DNA from: the human T2T-CHM13v2.0 reference genome, Homo sapiens
Direction: 5' to 3' (one strand)
DNA: 64,000 bases
NCBI RefSeq assembly: GCF_009914755.1
Contig: NC_060934.1
Both the position numbers and the translations under genes were made by a program. Below the pieces are notes generated by a model. It was not told the origin of the DNA and ran no database searches. It saw only the letters and a list, made by a program, of their open reading frames with translations. This document shows, in pieces, positions 38,205 through 53,166 of this stretch. Positions within the stretch are counted from its first letter, which is position 1; every line of letters starts with the position of its first letter.

Positions 38205-38360
38205 AACAGTGTGAGCTCTGGGGTCAAAGAGCACTAGGTTTAAAGCCCATTGAGTATGGACAAGTTAGTAACTTCCTCTGTCTCTGTTTTCTCACATGTA
38301 AAATGGAGGTAACGATAACATGTGAAGCACTTCAACCAATTCGTAGAGCCCAGTAAGGGA
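38205..38360 (+). mobile_element. MIR SINE
   Basis: GCTCTGGGGTCA..GGACAAGTTAGTAACTTCCTCTGTCTCTGTTTTCTCACATGTAAAATGG. Confidence 0.7.
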
Positions 38361-40504
38361 TAACAAAATGGCAGATACTAGTATCATTATTGTTGCTCTT
38401 CATGTCTGTTATCATCATCATAATTATAATTCCTTAAATGGATATCTTTTTTTCATCTGCTCCACAGATTTGGAGCCACTCCTCCCATCAGGCCAGGTGG
38501 ATACACCTAAAATTGCACTCTTAACTGCTAGAGCCAAGATGGCAATTAGGTTGCAGCTCAGTGTTCCAACTCTGATTAGTTGATATTAGCTTCCTGGAAA
38601 GCTGGGTAGACCAGATTCTTAAGGCTGTTGTGAGATTAGCAGAGCATCATGATCGATTATCACTGTCTGCCATAAGCATGGGAGGGAAAAGGGAATACTC
38701 TGCTTATTTGCCAGCCCTGGCCTAGGAGCTGTGCACCATGCCTCAGATGCTTTCTGCCCCACTGAAACAGTGCAGAAAAGTACAAACATTCTCCTTTCTG
38801 GGTACCATAATTCTACCAATCCTGATGTTAAAAGAGATTCTTATTGGTAACAGGCTATAACCCAGTTCAAGACCAGACACTGAAAAATTGATGAGTTGTC
38901 CTTGTTTTTCTCTTTTTTCAATTTTGTTCAGGGCTTCATAGCTTCCTTCTGGGCAAACTATTTGGCTAGTAGACATGATTTGAGTAACACGGTGGTCTGC
39001 TTTTCTTCAATAATGATGATAATGGCATATATTTTCAGAGCACTTAATTTATAAAATGCTCTTACATCCATTAGGATACTTTATATTCAACTGTTTGGCA
39101 TGCAGAAGGCACAAAAGGAAGTGAAGGCAAACTGGTGTGGGTATTTCTCAAGTCTCGTCTCAAGCTCATTGATGATTCTAGCACATATGTTTTGTTTCCA
39201 AAGTGCTGGCGTTTCACTTCCAGGGTAATGGTATCTGCCTCTTGCTGTGATCCTTCCTCTGGTTTCTTGACTCCTTAATTAATTTTCCTTTCATTTATAA
39301 TTCCTCCTCATGTAATACATGTTTGCCTGTTGTTAAAATATTGCCCTCACATTGTGCAGCATGCCCCAGTATTTCCTCAATGAGTCACTTATGGATCTCA
39401 GGGCCAATTTTGTTCCCAAGACAAAATGCCAAGGCCAAGATGAGTTCCAGTTTTGTGCTAATGATTTCAAATTCTTAAGGCTTAGAAACCCCCCCAAGTG
39501 CCACACAGATACCAAAATGATTAAATGGTGGCCTCTGTAGAAGGCAGGCTCTCCATCCTTTGCTGAACCAAAGGGCTATTTTCCCGTTCTCTTAGATAGC
39601 TTCTACTTCAGAAGTATAATCTATTCTCTCCCACTCATCCAGTCTCAAGAGAATTGGAACTATTTTGCAATAAAAGATGTGTAAGGCTGACCCTCCCTGC
39701 CTACGCTGCTCTCTGCTTAAATGGGTTGAGTCAGTATTTCCTCTTTTTCTAATTCAGCAATGGGCCAGCTGGTTTTGTCTGATAGACTAAGACCCAATTA
39801 AATGACCTTCTTTCTAACCAGGAAAACAATAGAGGTAAGCAATTATTTAATTAATGGAATCAAAGAAGACTGTGAAACATATAAATTTAGATTCTAAAAC
39901 TTATTTCTTTCAGAGCAATATTTTGGGAAATTTCCATAGGAGAGTGATTTGTTTCCATTGTGAAACTTTGAATTACATAACAGAAACTATGTCTTGCTTT
40001 CCATTGATTGTATGACAACCTAGAGGGATGAAAATTATTTAGATGAGGAAATAAAAAATATTATTTGTTGTTTTTGGTTTCAAAGCCCAACAAAAATCTA
40101 TTTAGGCTGCATGACCTAAATAGTCTCTTACATAATTGTTTTCACTGTGTTAGGGTTTGGTATTATATCTGCAGTTTACATTAAAAGGTACTACAAGAAA
40201 CAACCATATGAAAACTAATTTTGCATTTAATTTGGGGATATGATTTAAATACAGTTTCCACCATAACTCAGTGTCTCTCTATGATGCCCCACCCAAGACA
40301 TTTCTTAAAGAACTAAGTTTCACAAGAAACAGTGCCTCTCTTGAAGAACTATCAATTTTCTCCTCAAAGACAATGACAAATAATAACTAATTGAGTATCT
40401 CTTTTATGCAGTTGTTTTGCCTGTTAGGAAGTTCAAAGAAAGATGTGTGGTTCATCTTCAGTATGAAACTCTAAATATATTCTGGAGTTAGAAATGGCTC
40501 AAGC

Positions 40505-40870
40505 AATACAGACCTGTAGTATCTCATTCACAAGAAGGCTGGAGACAGGTGACTATTGGCACTGGTACTGCTGCTCATTGATGTTATCAAAACACAGGCC
40601 TTTTCCTTTTATTTTTCTGCTCTTCTGTTTTTGGCTGTTGTCTTCTTGGTCCAATGGTTGGTGCCTCATGTCACCTGATTGCAGCCACAGAAGCAAACCA
40701 CATATCCACATTCAGGTCAGAAAGAAAGAGAAGGGGTGGGTCAGCAAGATCTCTTCTCCCTGTCCGTAAGAAAAGAACACAAAAGCTTTTCCAGAACTGA
40801 TCTGCTTATATCTCACTGGCATCTCTGGATCACATGACTGCCCAACAAACTCAGAGTTATGTTAGCCAAA
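40505..40870 (-). mobile_element. Old ERVL/MaLR LTR (LTR33/MLT1L-like)
   Basis: TGCCTCATGTCAC..AAAAGCTTTTCCAGAA..CTGCTTATATCTCACTGGC..GGATCACATG. Confidence 0.55.
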
Positions 40871-41544
40871 AAGAGGTGGAGAGTGCGTAGAAAATTAGTA
40901 ACTATAACAACATATTTTCCGTGGTTCTCTTTTTATAAGCATTCTTAAAGTCAGTCTTGAATCTAAGGAATTGAGAAAAGTTTAAGATATGGCCCTTGCT
41001 TTCTTTCTATAAGCCTTCAGTGGGGAGGCAATTCATTAACGGAAAATTAGATAATAATGAGACGATAATAACAAGTCAGTAATACATGAGGTACATAATG
41101 CAATTCATGATGAACTACCAAACAAATGGTCTAGATAGTCAATGTTGAAGGATCTCACTATGATTTGGGATGAATAGGATGGATTTCAAAGAATAAGAAG
41201 GGTTTGATATAAATCTTACAAAGGAATAAAAGACATAACTGAATCTCTTCTTTTGTCATTAAGCCCAGAGATACATGTATTCTGATATAATTTTCGTTTG
41301 AAAACACACCATCTTCTTCAATTTAGAGTCAACCTTGGACTTTTAGAGATTTGTTGAGGATTCATGGTCCTTTGGTTACCTGAAAATCAAAAGTCAAGCG
41401 ATAATGTAAAATAGCATAAAAAGAAAAAGAAGGTAGCTAATGTAAAAAACTAATGAGTAAGTGTGTCTATGGAGTACAGGAATTGGAAGACTCTAGTAGA
41501 GGGAGGAGAGCAGGAAGTTTGAACTCTGAACACATGGAGAACAA

Positions 41545-41700
41545 TTCCAGTTGACATTTACTAGTTGTGTAATCTTGGGCAAACTCTTTAACTTCTTCAG
41601 TCTTGGATTTTCTCATATGTAAAATGAAGATGATAATTTTCCTCACATTGATTTGTGGAGATTATATAAACTAATACTGTAGATAGTGCTGTGTAAACTT
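41545..41700 (+). mobile_element. MIR SINE
   Basis: TTTACTAGTTGTGTAATCTTGGGCAAAC..TTTCTCATATGTAAAATGAAGATGATAAT. Confidence 0.8.
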
Positions 41701-42934
41701 AATATTAAGGTACAACGTATTATTTAAAAGTGATACTCATTTCAGTGATAATCTTCTTTATATAGATTTGATTACTATCACCGCATCAAAATGCCCATCC
41801 GATAACTAGGTTCTCCATTGATTTCACATCTAGTGTTGGGGACCAAAGCTAACAAGTCCACTTAGGCCAGGGTTAGTAACATACCTTGGTCTCTGACACC
41901 ACAGGCAAGGATCAGGTGTTCTGGTTCTCCCAGGGGTTAGCTCCCTCCCCTCTAGGGTCAGTCAGCTTAGAGAAATTCTCAGCTCTCAGGATCAGTGGGG
42001 ATAATTCCGGGTCTGCACATAATACTGGTTCAACTAGAAGTCATGCCCATGTTAAAAGTGGGTTGTTAATGGAGCAAGCTTTTACCTTTACATTTTGAAA
42101 AAACTTGACATCACATCAGTAAAAATGGAATGAACCTCTGAAGAAAGGTTATGGGATAAGAACAGCATACTGGTGTTCAACAGTAGTTCAATCTGTATCT
42201 ACTAGATTTGTTCATGGAAAACTTAATTTTGGAAACAGTAGAGTGATGGGCACTCTGCAGCTGTCCTACCACTAGCCTCCTGAAATAATTAACAAAATGA
42301 GAAAATAACCCATTCATATATTTTAAAGAAACTCCCACATGGAGCACTAAGTACTAGACAGGATGCAGAAATTTTCCTCTAATTCTAGTTCTGTAGATGT
42401 GCAGTAAGGGGAAGGATACACAAGCCAGTCTAAAATAGAACCCAGTGGGTCCCATCCATTCTATTTTGGGGAAATTCAGCAAAGTGCGTACTGGGCTTAC
42501 AGAAGTGTTGTAATGAAAGTTATATGAAAACTTGCAGGTGCCCATTTATTGGACCCACCCTACTGGGTCCAGTAAAATAAATGTTAATTTTGCAGACAAT
42601 GAGAGGTTGTAACTGAGCATATGCCTCACATAGTTGACTGGCTATTATACTCTTAGGGCACAGCGTCCAAAGAAATTCCAGACATGGTACTCACTCTCAT
42701 TATTTTCTGTTGAGCTGATATTTAGCTGGAATAAAAGACTTTAAACAAATAGTCCAGATGGGTTACTGACGTTGACAACATAGAATAATCATTTCAATTT
42801 AAACCACTAGTTTCCTGGACATCCTAAAATTTCCAATTCTGTTGCTAGGAAAAGAAATGAAATTTTATGTTTACTGCATCGCTCTATGACACTCTTCATA
42901 AATTAATCATTCTCTAGGCACCTTGGGAGAATAA

Positions 42935-43110
42935 AATTAACATGTTTTTAGGTACTTACTAAGTGCCCAGATCTTACATATGGCATCTGACTTAATCCTC
43001 ATAGCCAGTCCAAGGGTAGGTGTTGTTATCATGTTTTCCCAGATAAAGTGAAATCTGGGAAGGTTACCCATTTGACTCAAAATCACAAAGAGATAGCGTG
43101 GGGATTCTAA
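42935..43110 (-). mobile_element. MIR SINE
   Basis: TACTTACTAAGTGCC..TTAATCCTCATAG..GGTAGGTGTTGTTATC..CAGATAAAG. Confidence 0.65.
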
Positions 43111-43454
43111 GGAGAACTTATCAATTGCACAATCTCCTATCTGCATTCATTTTGAAGATAATTATTCTTCCACTATAGCAGATTGTCTATGAGTAGACAA
43201 TTAAGAATGCATATATATATATATGTATATATATATAATGTATAAATACACACATTGCCTTCTTTTGACTGCAGTGTCTAAGAAATGGGGTTAGGAGGAA
43301 TTGTGACAGATTGGATTTTCTAATTACCTGAGGGTTAATAGTCCTCTGAAAACTTTGTTGCAACTATTTCTGAAAGGAATCTACTCTGTCCATTGGCTTA
43401 GCAGAATACAGTGACTAAGACAATCTTTTCTCTGATTATGTCATAGTGTTGACC

Positions 43455-43740
43455 AGATTTTTGCTCAAATGTCACCTAATCAGAAAGTCTTCCTGTGGCT
43501 GCGCTTGATAAAATAGCACCATCACCCCCACTCTCTCCTTGCATTGCTCTACTTTTCCCTTCACAGCACTTATCACTAACTGTTATATTACATATTTATT
43601 TACTTTCTGTCTACCCCCTCTCCCTTAGAATGTAAGCTCTATAAGAGAAGACTCTATTATATCCAGAGCTGTTTCTCTAGGGCCTAGAATGGTGCCTGGA
43701 ATATAGTAGGCACTCAAACAATGTTTATTGAATGAATAAA
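43455..43740 (+). mobile_element. L2a 3' end
   Basis: GCTCAAATGTCACC..AGCACTTATCAC..TAGAATGTAAGCTC..GTGCCTGGAATATAGTAGGCACTCAA..TTATTGAATGAAT. Confidence 0.85.
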
Positions 43741-44619
43741 TCCAATTCATATTAGTTTTAACTATTTGGTCCTATTGCCACAAATACATAGGGCTGAATC
43801 TGGATGCGTGACACTCCTGTCACCTATTAATTGGTATGTGGAGGTGGAGTTATTGATGATAAAGCTTTTGCCATTTTATCCAATTCTTCCTTATGCAAAT
43901 AGGCATGGAGCTGTAATTTCAGTAAATTAAGGCTGCTGGTCAGTTGGAATTGGTCCATTTGGCTATCAGGGTTTCCTATAACTTGAGGAAAATGATTGGT
44001 TTCTTGTTTGCTGTTTCTTACATCATGCAATATTTTATCCTGAGCATACCCAATGTAAACACATTCACTCTTTAACAAAGGGCATAAACTTTGAACTACT
44101 CAATTCTAAAGAAAGCAGGTTCCAATCTTCTTAATGTACTCTACAAAGAAATTCCTGAAAGGGGAGTATCCTTGGAGACGGCATCCAATTGCTGTTTTCT
44201 CTCTCTCATTCTTTCTGAAAGGCTATTACCAGCACAATCACTACCCTGCTGTATGACCCTGGTTAAGTGTTGTTGTTTTTTTCTTGCTTATAAAAAGTAA
44301 TCCACATGTTGATTTGTAGAAGATAGAGTGAAGATGACTGAGTGATAAGAGATGGGCAAAAATCTCTTGTGAATAATACTAAAAATAGTTGGCAGCTTAA
44401 ACCAGGACTTTCAATGATGAATTAAATAAACGGAGTGGTCATAGCAAAGATGCATGTGTGTTTTGAGTGCGAAATGGACCCCAACTGCTATGTAAAACCA
44501 AATTCTATCATTGCCTCCAGGTTGTAAGTCCAATGTATTTGAAAGCATGGACGAGCCTTCAGAGTGTTTGAACACCTTCATGAAAACCTTTCTATGAGAC
44601 ACAACATCATCATGGGAGG

Positions 44620-44712
44620 GAGTTAAGTGGTGGCTAAGAGCCTGGGCTCTGCAACCAGACTGCTTGCACTTCAATCCTGGTCTGACATTTACTGGCTGGA
44701 TGACTTTGGGCG
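44620..44712 (+). mobile_element. MIR SINE 5' part
   Basis: GTGGCTAAGAGCCTGGGCTCTG..CAGACTG..AATCCTGG..TGACTTTGGGC. Confidence 0.7.
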
Positions 44713-44729
44713 AACTTTATTTTATAATA

Positions 44730-45275
44730 AAAGTCAGGTCATGGCTCTTGCTGCTCAAATCTCCATCCTGGCTCCCCAAGTCTTCAGCATGGTCTATATG
44801 GTTGTGTTCTGGCTCCACCTAGGACCTCCTTTCAGGTCACTCTCCCTCTTGCTTTCCGTGCTTCAGTCTCAGGGATCTTCCACTTCCAGCTGGGCACATT
44901 TCAGGGCTTATGCCCTTGCTGGCCCTTCACTTAGAATGCTCTTGCCCACATATTCTCATGGCCTGCTCTCTTGCTTCCTTAAGACCTCTGCTCAACTTTT
45001 ACCTCCTCAACAATGTTTGGTCAGAATATCTTTCTAAAATAGCATCTCTCTGGCACTCTCTACTTCCCACCCATCTTTACATAACACTTATTATCCCTGA
45101 GCTTGTATTATAAATGTAGATCTTTCTTGTCTGGGCTGCACCCCACCCATCCCGACCCTAAATATCAGCACCATGAAGTTATAGACATTGTTTTGTCCAC
45201 TGTGGGAGTCCAAGGCCTTGAATAATGCCTAGCACACACTAGGTGCTCAGTAAATATTTGCTGAATGCAAGAATG
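44730..45275 (+). mobile_element. L2 3' region
   Basis: CTTGCTGCTCAAA..TCAGGGC..AGAATGCTCTT..TCTGCTCAA..TGCCTAGCACACACTAGGTGCTCAGTAAATATTTGCTGAATG. Confidence 0.8.
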
Positions 45276-47519
45276 GATACCTGACTTAAATTGTGTCTAT
45301 CAGAGCTTCTTTCTCATTGATTTAAAATTGGGCCCCAAGAGACTAAGTCATCAGCACGTGCTATAACTGTAAAGTCCAATAGTTTCAAAAGCTGAGGCTC
45401 CAATGTTGGGAAAGCAATTACTGGTCAACCTTTAAACAAAGGAATAAGGTCAGGAAGAGATAGGGATAGAAAAGGAGATTTGGGGATGGCCCCATTTTCA
45501 GTATTCTTAATTCTTCTGATTCCCTTTGCTTAAGAGGCTTGAGTGGCTTTCTGTTTCTTGCAATCAAAGAATCCCTGACTAATACAGAGGTGAAGTGAAT
45601 TGATCCTCCATAAGTTTTTGAGGTCCTAGAGGGCAGAGAAAATGCTGGTGTATCTTTTTATATTTCTGTCTCTAGAGTCTATCACATACATATTTCAAGT
45701 ACATATTTGATGAATAATTAACAAAAAAGTTTTAACTTGGAATGTAATAATGTAGATGCAACGACCCCTATCTTACCCTCCTGAGGCAGCGTTTCTCTTT
45801 TGTCTTCTTTTATATGTGTTCCCATTATCCAGGTACTCTCAGTCCCTCACTGAACATTCTCCTCAGCATCCTCACAAGGGACTCAAAAACAGGTTATTCC
45901 ATAACAAAGCTTCTCCACACTAGGCACATACCAAGTTCTGATGAAGAGGAAATGAAGTTTCAGGGTGTCCCAGGTCAAAATATGAATGTCCATTGCCCCA
46001 AAGGGAGAAGTTCTATTATCTTTAATACTGTGGTAGGTTTATGAATTTATATGTTCAAAGAGTTGACTGAATTATTTTGCAGTTATTTTTTAAATGGTCA
46101 TACTGGTTTTAGTACCAACTGGTGAATTGAAAATTCTGCTCTTTGGTATCAAAAATAAATCATTTGACAGACAAAAATCAGGGCTTGAAACATTTAATTG
46201 CAGCAACAACCAACATTGTTCTTTTAGGTGATTTAATCCATACTTGAATCCCTGATTCCACCTCTTCATCGCATGTACACTAACTATAATCCCTTCCAAG
46301 ACAGAATTTCATTTTGGTGGACTGTTGGCTTCATTAAGTGTCCTGAATGTAACCTGCCCCACTTCCCTTGAAGACCCCTTCTGCTGATAATCCCCTCTGT
46401 TTTATTTCATTTTATCACCCTATTGATTTAATAACGTTTCTACCAAAGATGAAATGTCTTTATCTTTGCGTTAATGCCTTTTCAATTCTTGTATGAGCTG
46501 CCATTTAAATCTCATTTATTACTTTTTGCATAAAATAACTATTCACAATGATTGTGAAATTAGTTATCCATACTTTGGGCTCTTATGCATTATTCCTTAA
46601 TTTATCTCACCTCCTCTCACCATCACCCCTTCTTCTGGGTTCACTGCAATTACTGACTAAGAAATCCTCATCTGAATTAAATAAAAAGGAGAAAATTGAC
46701 ATTGTCCCAGAGTCTTTTATACCCTAACAAATCATACTCACAATTTAGAATGCTATCTTATATTAGATTGATTTTCAGGGCCAGTTACCTACATTACCTG
46801 AAAACTAGGACAAGAACACACTAATTCAACCATTTGAAGACTGAATCTATTGTTTCCACTCGTTATCACCGTCAAGAACTGTTTGACCCAAGTTGGACTT
46901 AATTTGGTTGCAAAAGTGTCCAGACTTACAGTTTAAGGCAAAGGGGAAATTTCATCCAATTTCCAGGCAAAATGGACAAAAGCTCAAAGTAGTAATGTGC
47001 TGTGGATGAGACATGACTAATGGAAGGACATACAGCCACAGGAAATCCTAGGTTTGCTGTTCTCAAACCCAATCTTGTGACATCCTTCCAAACATATCCC
47101 CTCTCACCACCCGAGGAACCTGGGCATAGGTATAATTCCATTTCCTCTACTACTCTCCTGGTAGAAAAAGCCCAGGTTGAAATACTTTCTGCCTTTTTAG
47201 CCCAACAAACATGGAACATGAAGATGCTGTTCAGTTCTAGGCCAACATTCTTATGTTTAGAACTATCTTGTGCTCCATTGTGAATATGGGTGTGGACTGG
47301 ACCTTCAGCATCTTATCTTTGTTCCATGCAGGCACTTTCAGTGATCCTTGGCAAGTTACCCATTCCTGCTGAATTCTGGGTGGTCAAGGGTCTGTAGCAG
47401 GTGTTTAGGATAGAACCCTTAAATGAAGTAAGATTCCTCATTTGGCTGGTGTGAGGTCTGATAGGAGGTTGAGGTGGTGACTTCAATGTACCATTGTTTC
47501 ATATTCTGTAGGACATCTG

Positions 47520-47955
47520 CAACATTATTAGCAAGGCATCCCATGAGCCTCTCAGCCAGGCCAATCAGCCCATCCATGGAATTTAAAAAATCAGGGCTGA
47601 GGAAAGAGGGCCAGACTCTTTCAGGTGGCAGGGGCTGTGAAAGGAGAGATTTGGACAGTATCAGTGGTCACGCCTCCTACCACAAATGAAAGGCTGGTTC
47701 ACTGGGAGAAAAAACGATACTGACCCATAGAGACACCAGAGACAAGGAGGCAAAAAACCCAGGTACTGTTCAAATCCCTGGTTCCCATTGTTCCTGAAAT
47801 CCAAAGGCACCTCTTCCACTTTCACAGTTTGATTATTCAACTATTTCTTTAATCAGATAAAACATGCCTATAAACCTTCCAATAAGCTCTTCCTTCCTGG
47901 CCTGGTCAGAGGTTGGGGTTCCACTCATTTGCCCCTAAAAGTCTTAATTGTACAT
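47520..47955 (+). mobile_element. Old MLT1 (J/K-like) LTR
   Basis: AGGCCAATCAG..GGAATTT..CCTGGTTCC..TTCCTGAA..AATAAGCTCTTCC..GGTTGGGGTTCC..TAAAAGTCTTAATTGTACA. Confidence 0.5.
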
Positions 47956-48644
47956 ATGTTCTTGGGAGTTCAAAAGCATATGTCAAATCAGTCCATCTTA
48001 ACAGTATGTGGGACAAAGGAGTAGTTTGTAATTATTCCAGTTATAATTTTTTTTTTCCAATCTGCCTACTGCAATTAAGAGAGGTATAGGCAGGAATCAC
48101 AGGTTTTTTGGTTCTGTGTTAAAGGTTGGGGCACAATTTTCAGCAGGAAGTTGCTATATTAGCTCCCACACACACTGAACACTTGTTCATCAACACATTC
48201 TCCTGGCCTCCCTTTTACTGGCTGAATACATATGGCCACTGGATGGAGGAAAATGGGCAGAGCCAAACCCAGGGAATCCCTGGCAACCTCTCCACCTTCT
48301 CTCCTTTTCTTCTCATGAGATTGCATTTTAAATATGACTTCTACCTTAAAATGTAAAACACACTTTCCCTAAATCCTTTAGAATATATGCCTCCTAATTT
48401 TATAAATTTAAGTCCCAGCGATAGTTGATGATGTTAAACCATTTCAGTTCTCCCTCCCCACATCTCTGGAACATTCCATAGGCCAGAATATTTCAGCTCT
48501 TGGCGTATCCATTTCTATTCCCTGTAACTTTCCAGTCTGTCTCGTGGGGCACCTAATGAAGACCCAGCTCTCACAAGTCTTTTGTTGAGTGAATCAACAA
48601 TCCTGCAAGAGTGTTGAGATGTTGGGAGTGGATTAATCCTTCTC

Positions 48645-48663
48645 TTCCACTAGGTGGTGCTGA
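48645..48663 (+). promoter_or_regulatory. Candidate CTCF binding motif
   Basis: TTCCACTAGGTGGTGCTG closely matches the CTCF core CCASYAGRKGGCRS, with one C-to-T difference. Confidence 0.5.
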
Positions 48664-49324
48664 TTGGCATGCCATCTGTCTTGGAGTGTTTTAAAAGCCT
48701 CAATCTGTCACCATCTGGTTGGCAGTAAGACCTGATGAAAGGCAGCAGGTCTATTTGCACAAGCCGGGAATTTCTGAGTCTCATCTTCAGCTTTTTTCTC
48801 TGTGCGGGCCTGAGCTAGCCCCTTCTTCATTTCCTTATTTTTAAATAGGGCCTTTATGACCCTATAGACAGCCGTTTACCCAGCTGTCGAAGGATGTGAG
48901 ATGTCCTTCTCTCTTGCTCTCTCTATCTCTCTTGATATGTCGCAGAGGCCCACTTTCCTGGGGTTTGGACTTTGGGGACACTGCTTAATAAGACTCAGAT
49001 GGGAAAGGGGCTCTTTGGCTGAGAGAGGAAAGACATAGTCTTGGGCAACCAGTACTGGACATCCCACTATTGCCCTGAACTCTAGCCATTAGCATTTGAT
49101 CCCATGGTATTGGTGACCCAGGGGCTTTACTTTTTGTCCTGCATCTGCATTTTAGATATGGCATTTACTTTCAAAATATGAGAAATACTTTCCTTGGAAC
49201 CTTTAGAACACACAGAGGGACTTTTTGAAGAACTTACCTTTCGGCAGGACAATATCCAATACAGTAATCTTTCATTTATTAGGCATTATCAGAGAAAGAG
49301 GTGTTGCATATAAGCAAATTTTCC

Positions 49325-49615
49325 CGCAGGGCACAGTGGCTCACGCCTATAATCCCAGCACTTTTGGAGGCTGAGGCAGGTGGATCACCTGAGGTCGGGA
49401 GTTTGAGACCAGCCTGACCAATATGGAGAAACCCCATCTCTACTAAAAATAAAAAATTAGCCAGGCGTGATGGTGCATGCCTGTAATCCCAGCTACTCAG
49501 GAGGCTGAGGCAGGAGAATCGCTTGAACTCAGGAGGAGGAGGATGCAGTGAGCTGAGACTGCGCCATCGCACTCCAGCCTGAGCAACAAGAGCGAAACTC
49601 CATCTCAAAAAAAAA
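49325..49615 (+). mobile_element. AluSp
   Basis: Sp diagnostics GAGGTCGGGAG, CTGACCAATATGGAGAAACC and CAACAAGAGCGAAACTCC. Confidence 0.9.
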
Positions 49616-50309
49616 GTGACATTTTATTTCTTTTTATGCCAAATCTTTAAAAAGTTTTGCAGGATTAGAGTGGATAAAAATAGTACTGAAAAATATTGTG
49701 CATATTGTGCTTTCTTAAACATAATATGTTAAATTTAATTTAGCTTACATAATAAATTCTAATTATATATAGATATAGATATTTGTTGTTGTGGTTGTTG
49801 TTATTTTTGTTGTTCTAGGAACTGTTGATGTAATCTGGTATTCTTGCCCCCCAAAATTGCTAAATGCTTCTACCATCTTCCTTTCTTTCTAAGCACGCTC
49901 TACTCTTCTATTTTTCCAATTTATCATCAATGGCATATCTTACGCTGGATACCATATTGGCAGGCTGCATAATGTGTGTTAACATAGATGCTGAACTCCT
50001 CCACTGAAGTTGTGCATACTAATATCTTTGGACAAAGGAACCTGCTCCCTTCCTGCCTTCTGTATGGTCCTCCGCACTCCTGAAAACCCCAAAACCCAAG
50101 GACAGTTTCCTGGCCAATGGTCTAACAAGAGACCCTACTCTGGGCACAGTCACTCTCATAACACCTTCTTGCTATCCATACTCTATAACAGAAAACAAAA
50201 AGAGACACCAAGAAAATAACGTTAACATAATGAAATAAGGAGAGGAAATCTACAGAGGAAATCAGCCACAATGGCAAGCTGTTACCAAAAAATGAGAGAC
50301 CAAAAAAGA

Positions 50310-51314
<1,005 letters not shown>

Positions 51315-51821
51315 TAGAAGACCACCTTTTTACAACTTCCAAAGTAATCATTCATCCATAAAATAATCACTAATAAATACGAAAACTACTATATATATAT
51401 ATAAAAAAAGAAGCTAACAGAGATGAGGGAGTCAAGAATAGATGCTAACTTATCAGCTCCTTTTGTGACTCAGAATACTTCTAACAACACAATCCTCTCC
51501 CTCCCATTGGGTGTCTTATCTACCACATGACCTTCATCATGAAGGTTCCCTTCTTACCCCATCTGCTCCCCAGCAAAATCAGGATGGGAGAGGTAGAAGG
51601 CAAGGCTGCTGTTGAACTCTCCATTAGCCAAACATCTCTGAATTCTCCAAGATCTTTTATCTTATTAGTCAGGCTCTCAATTACTTCAACTATTTTCTTT
51701 TATTTTCACAGGTCTGAAATAGGTCCAACATCATGGCTATTTTTCCAAGGACATAAATGTTACAAAAATGATCAAATATAGATCAATAGCTAGCCCTGTG
51801 TTGTCCTGATGGTTGACCATA

Positions 51822-52197
51822 TGCTGTGGAATGAATGCATGTGTCCCTCCAAAATTCATATGTTGAAACTTAATCCCCAATATCTAATTCTCAATAAGAT
51901 ACTACTTGGAGGTAGAAAATTTGAAAGGTAATAGATCATGAACACAGAGCCCTCATGTATGGGATTAGTGCAATTATCAAAGAGACCCCAGACAGCTCTA
52001 TTGCCCCTTCCACATGTGAAGACACAATAAGAAGACTGCTGTCTATGAACCAGGAAGACAGCCCTCATCAGACACCAAATCTGATGATGTCTTGATCTGG
52101 GACTTTCACCTTCCTGAATGATGGGAAATAAATGTTTGTTGTTTAAGCCACCCAGTCTGTAGTATTTTTGTTATAGCAGCCCGAATTAACTAAGACA
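51822..52197 (+). mobile_element. MLT1A0-like MaLR LTR
   Basis: TGCTGTGGAATGAATG..CCTCCAAAATTCATATGTTGAAAC..GTTTAAGCCACCCAGTCTGT..CTAAGACA. Confidence 0.9.
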
Positions 52198-52299
52198 CAC
52201 ATCAAAAAGGACTACCTGTGTTGTAGATCCAGATCATCCTTCTTACCTACTTCTCCCACTGTTCAATTCTAAGTTTTGAAGCGTTCTCTAGAACCTTTC

Positions 52300-52800
52300 T
52301 TTCCCTCTCTTCCTTCCTTGCTTCTTTCCTCCCTCCCTTCCATCTTTCTGTCCTTCCTCAAAAACAGATTGAAATCTTACTATGGGCCAATCACTGAGGA
52401 TATAACCATGAGGACCAAGGAGTTGATGCCTGACTGCCTGACCTTGCAGAGCTCACAGAGAGTGACATGGACAAATAAGCAGACAATTATAATACAGAGT
52501 GGTCAGTTCTAGCAGAGGAGTAGACATAGGCTGGCATGAATGACTATAAGGATAAGGGCCCTTCATTCAAACTGGGAAGTTCAGAGAAGGCACCCCAGTT
52601 ACATTATATTGAAGCTGAGTTCTTAAAGATGAGAAGGAAATAGGCAAAGAAAATGTCCAAAGTGAGGAAGATGTCCCAGGTGGAGGGAGCTGTGAGGGCA
52701 TGGCGGATTCAGAGGAATGCAAGTCCTTCAGTTTGGCTAGAATGGTGTGAGTGCAGCAGGAGAGGGGCGGGAGCAAAGGGGAGGGAAGAGATGAGGTGTC
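52300..52800 (-). mobile_element. L2 3' region
   Basis: CTTACTATGGGCC..GAGCTCACAG..CAGACAATTATAATACAG..CAGAGAAGGC..AGCTGAGTTCTTAAAGATGAG. Confidence 0.65.
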
Positions 52801-53166
52801 CAGATCTTAGACAAACCCATGCGTGTACTACCAGATCAAGTGAATGACTTGTTTTCCCACCTTCAGTGTTCTTTCCAGTCTTTTAATTTTATCAGTGAGA
52901 AAGGTTTATTTTAACAACTGTCAATTAAGCAATTATGCCAGTGGGCCAGTCTACCTCAGAAAACAATGTGTGCCACTTCGTACCTCTCTGATTGTTCTGG
53001 TTGTGCCATCTCCTCCTCTTTGTGGCCTGGCTACCTCCTTTCCTTGTCTTCACCACTGTTCTAAGTACCCTTCCTCCTTAATCCCCCCTATGCTGTGTTC
53101 CCACAGCAGCCAAGACAAACCTCCTTCATGGCATTTCTGCATCATGTTGAAATTCTGTCAGCCAGT

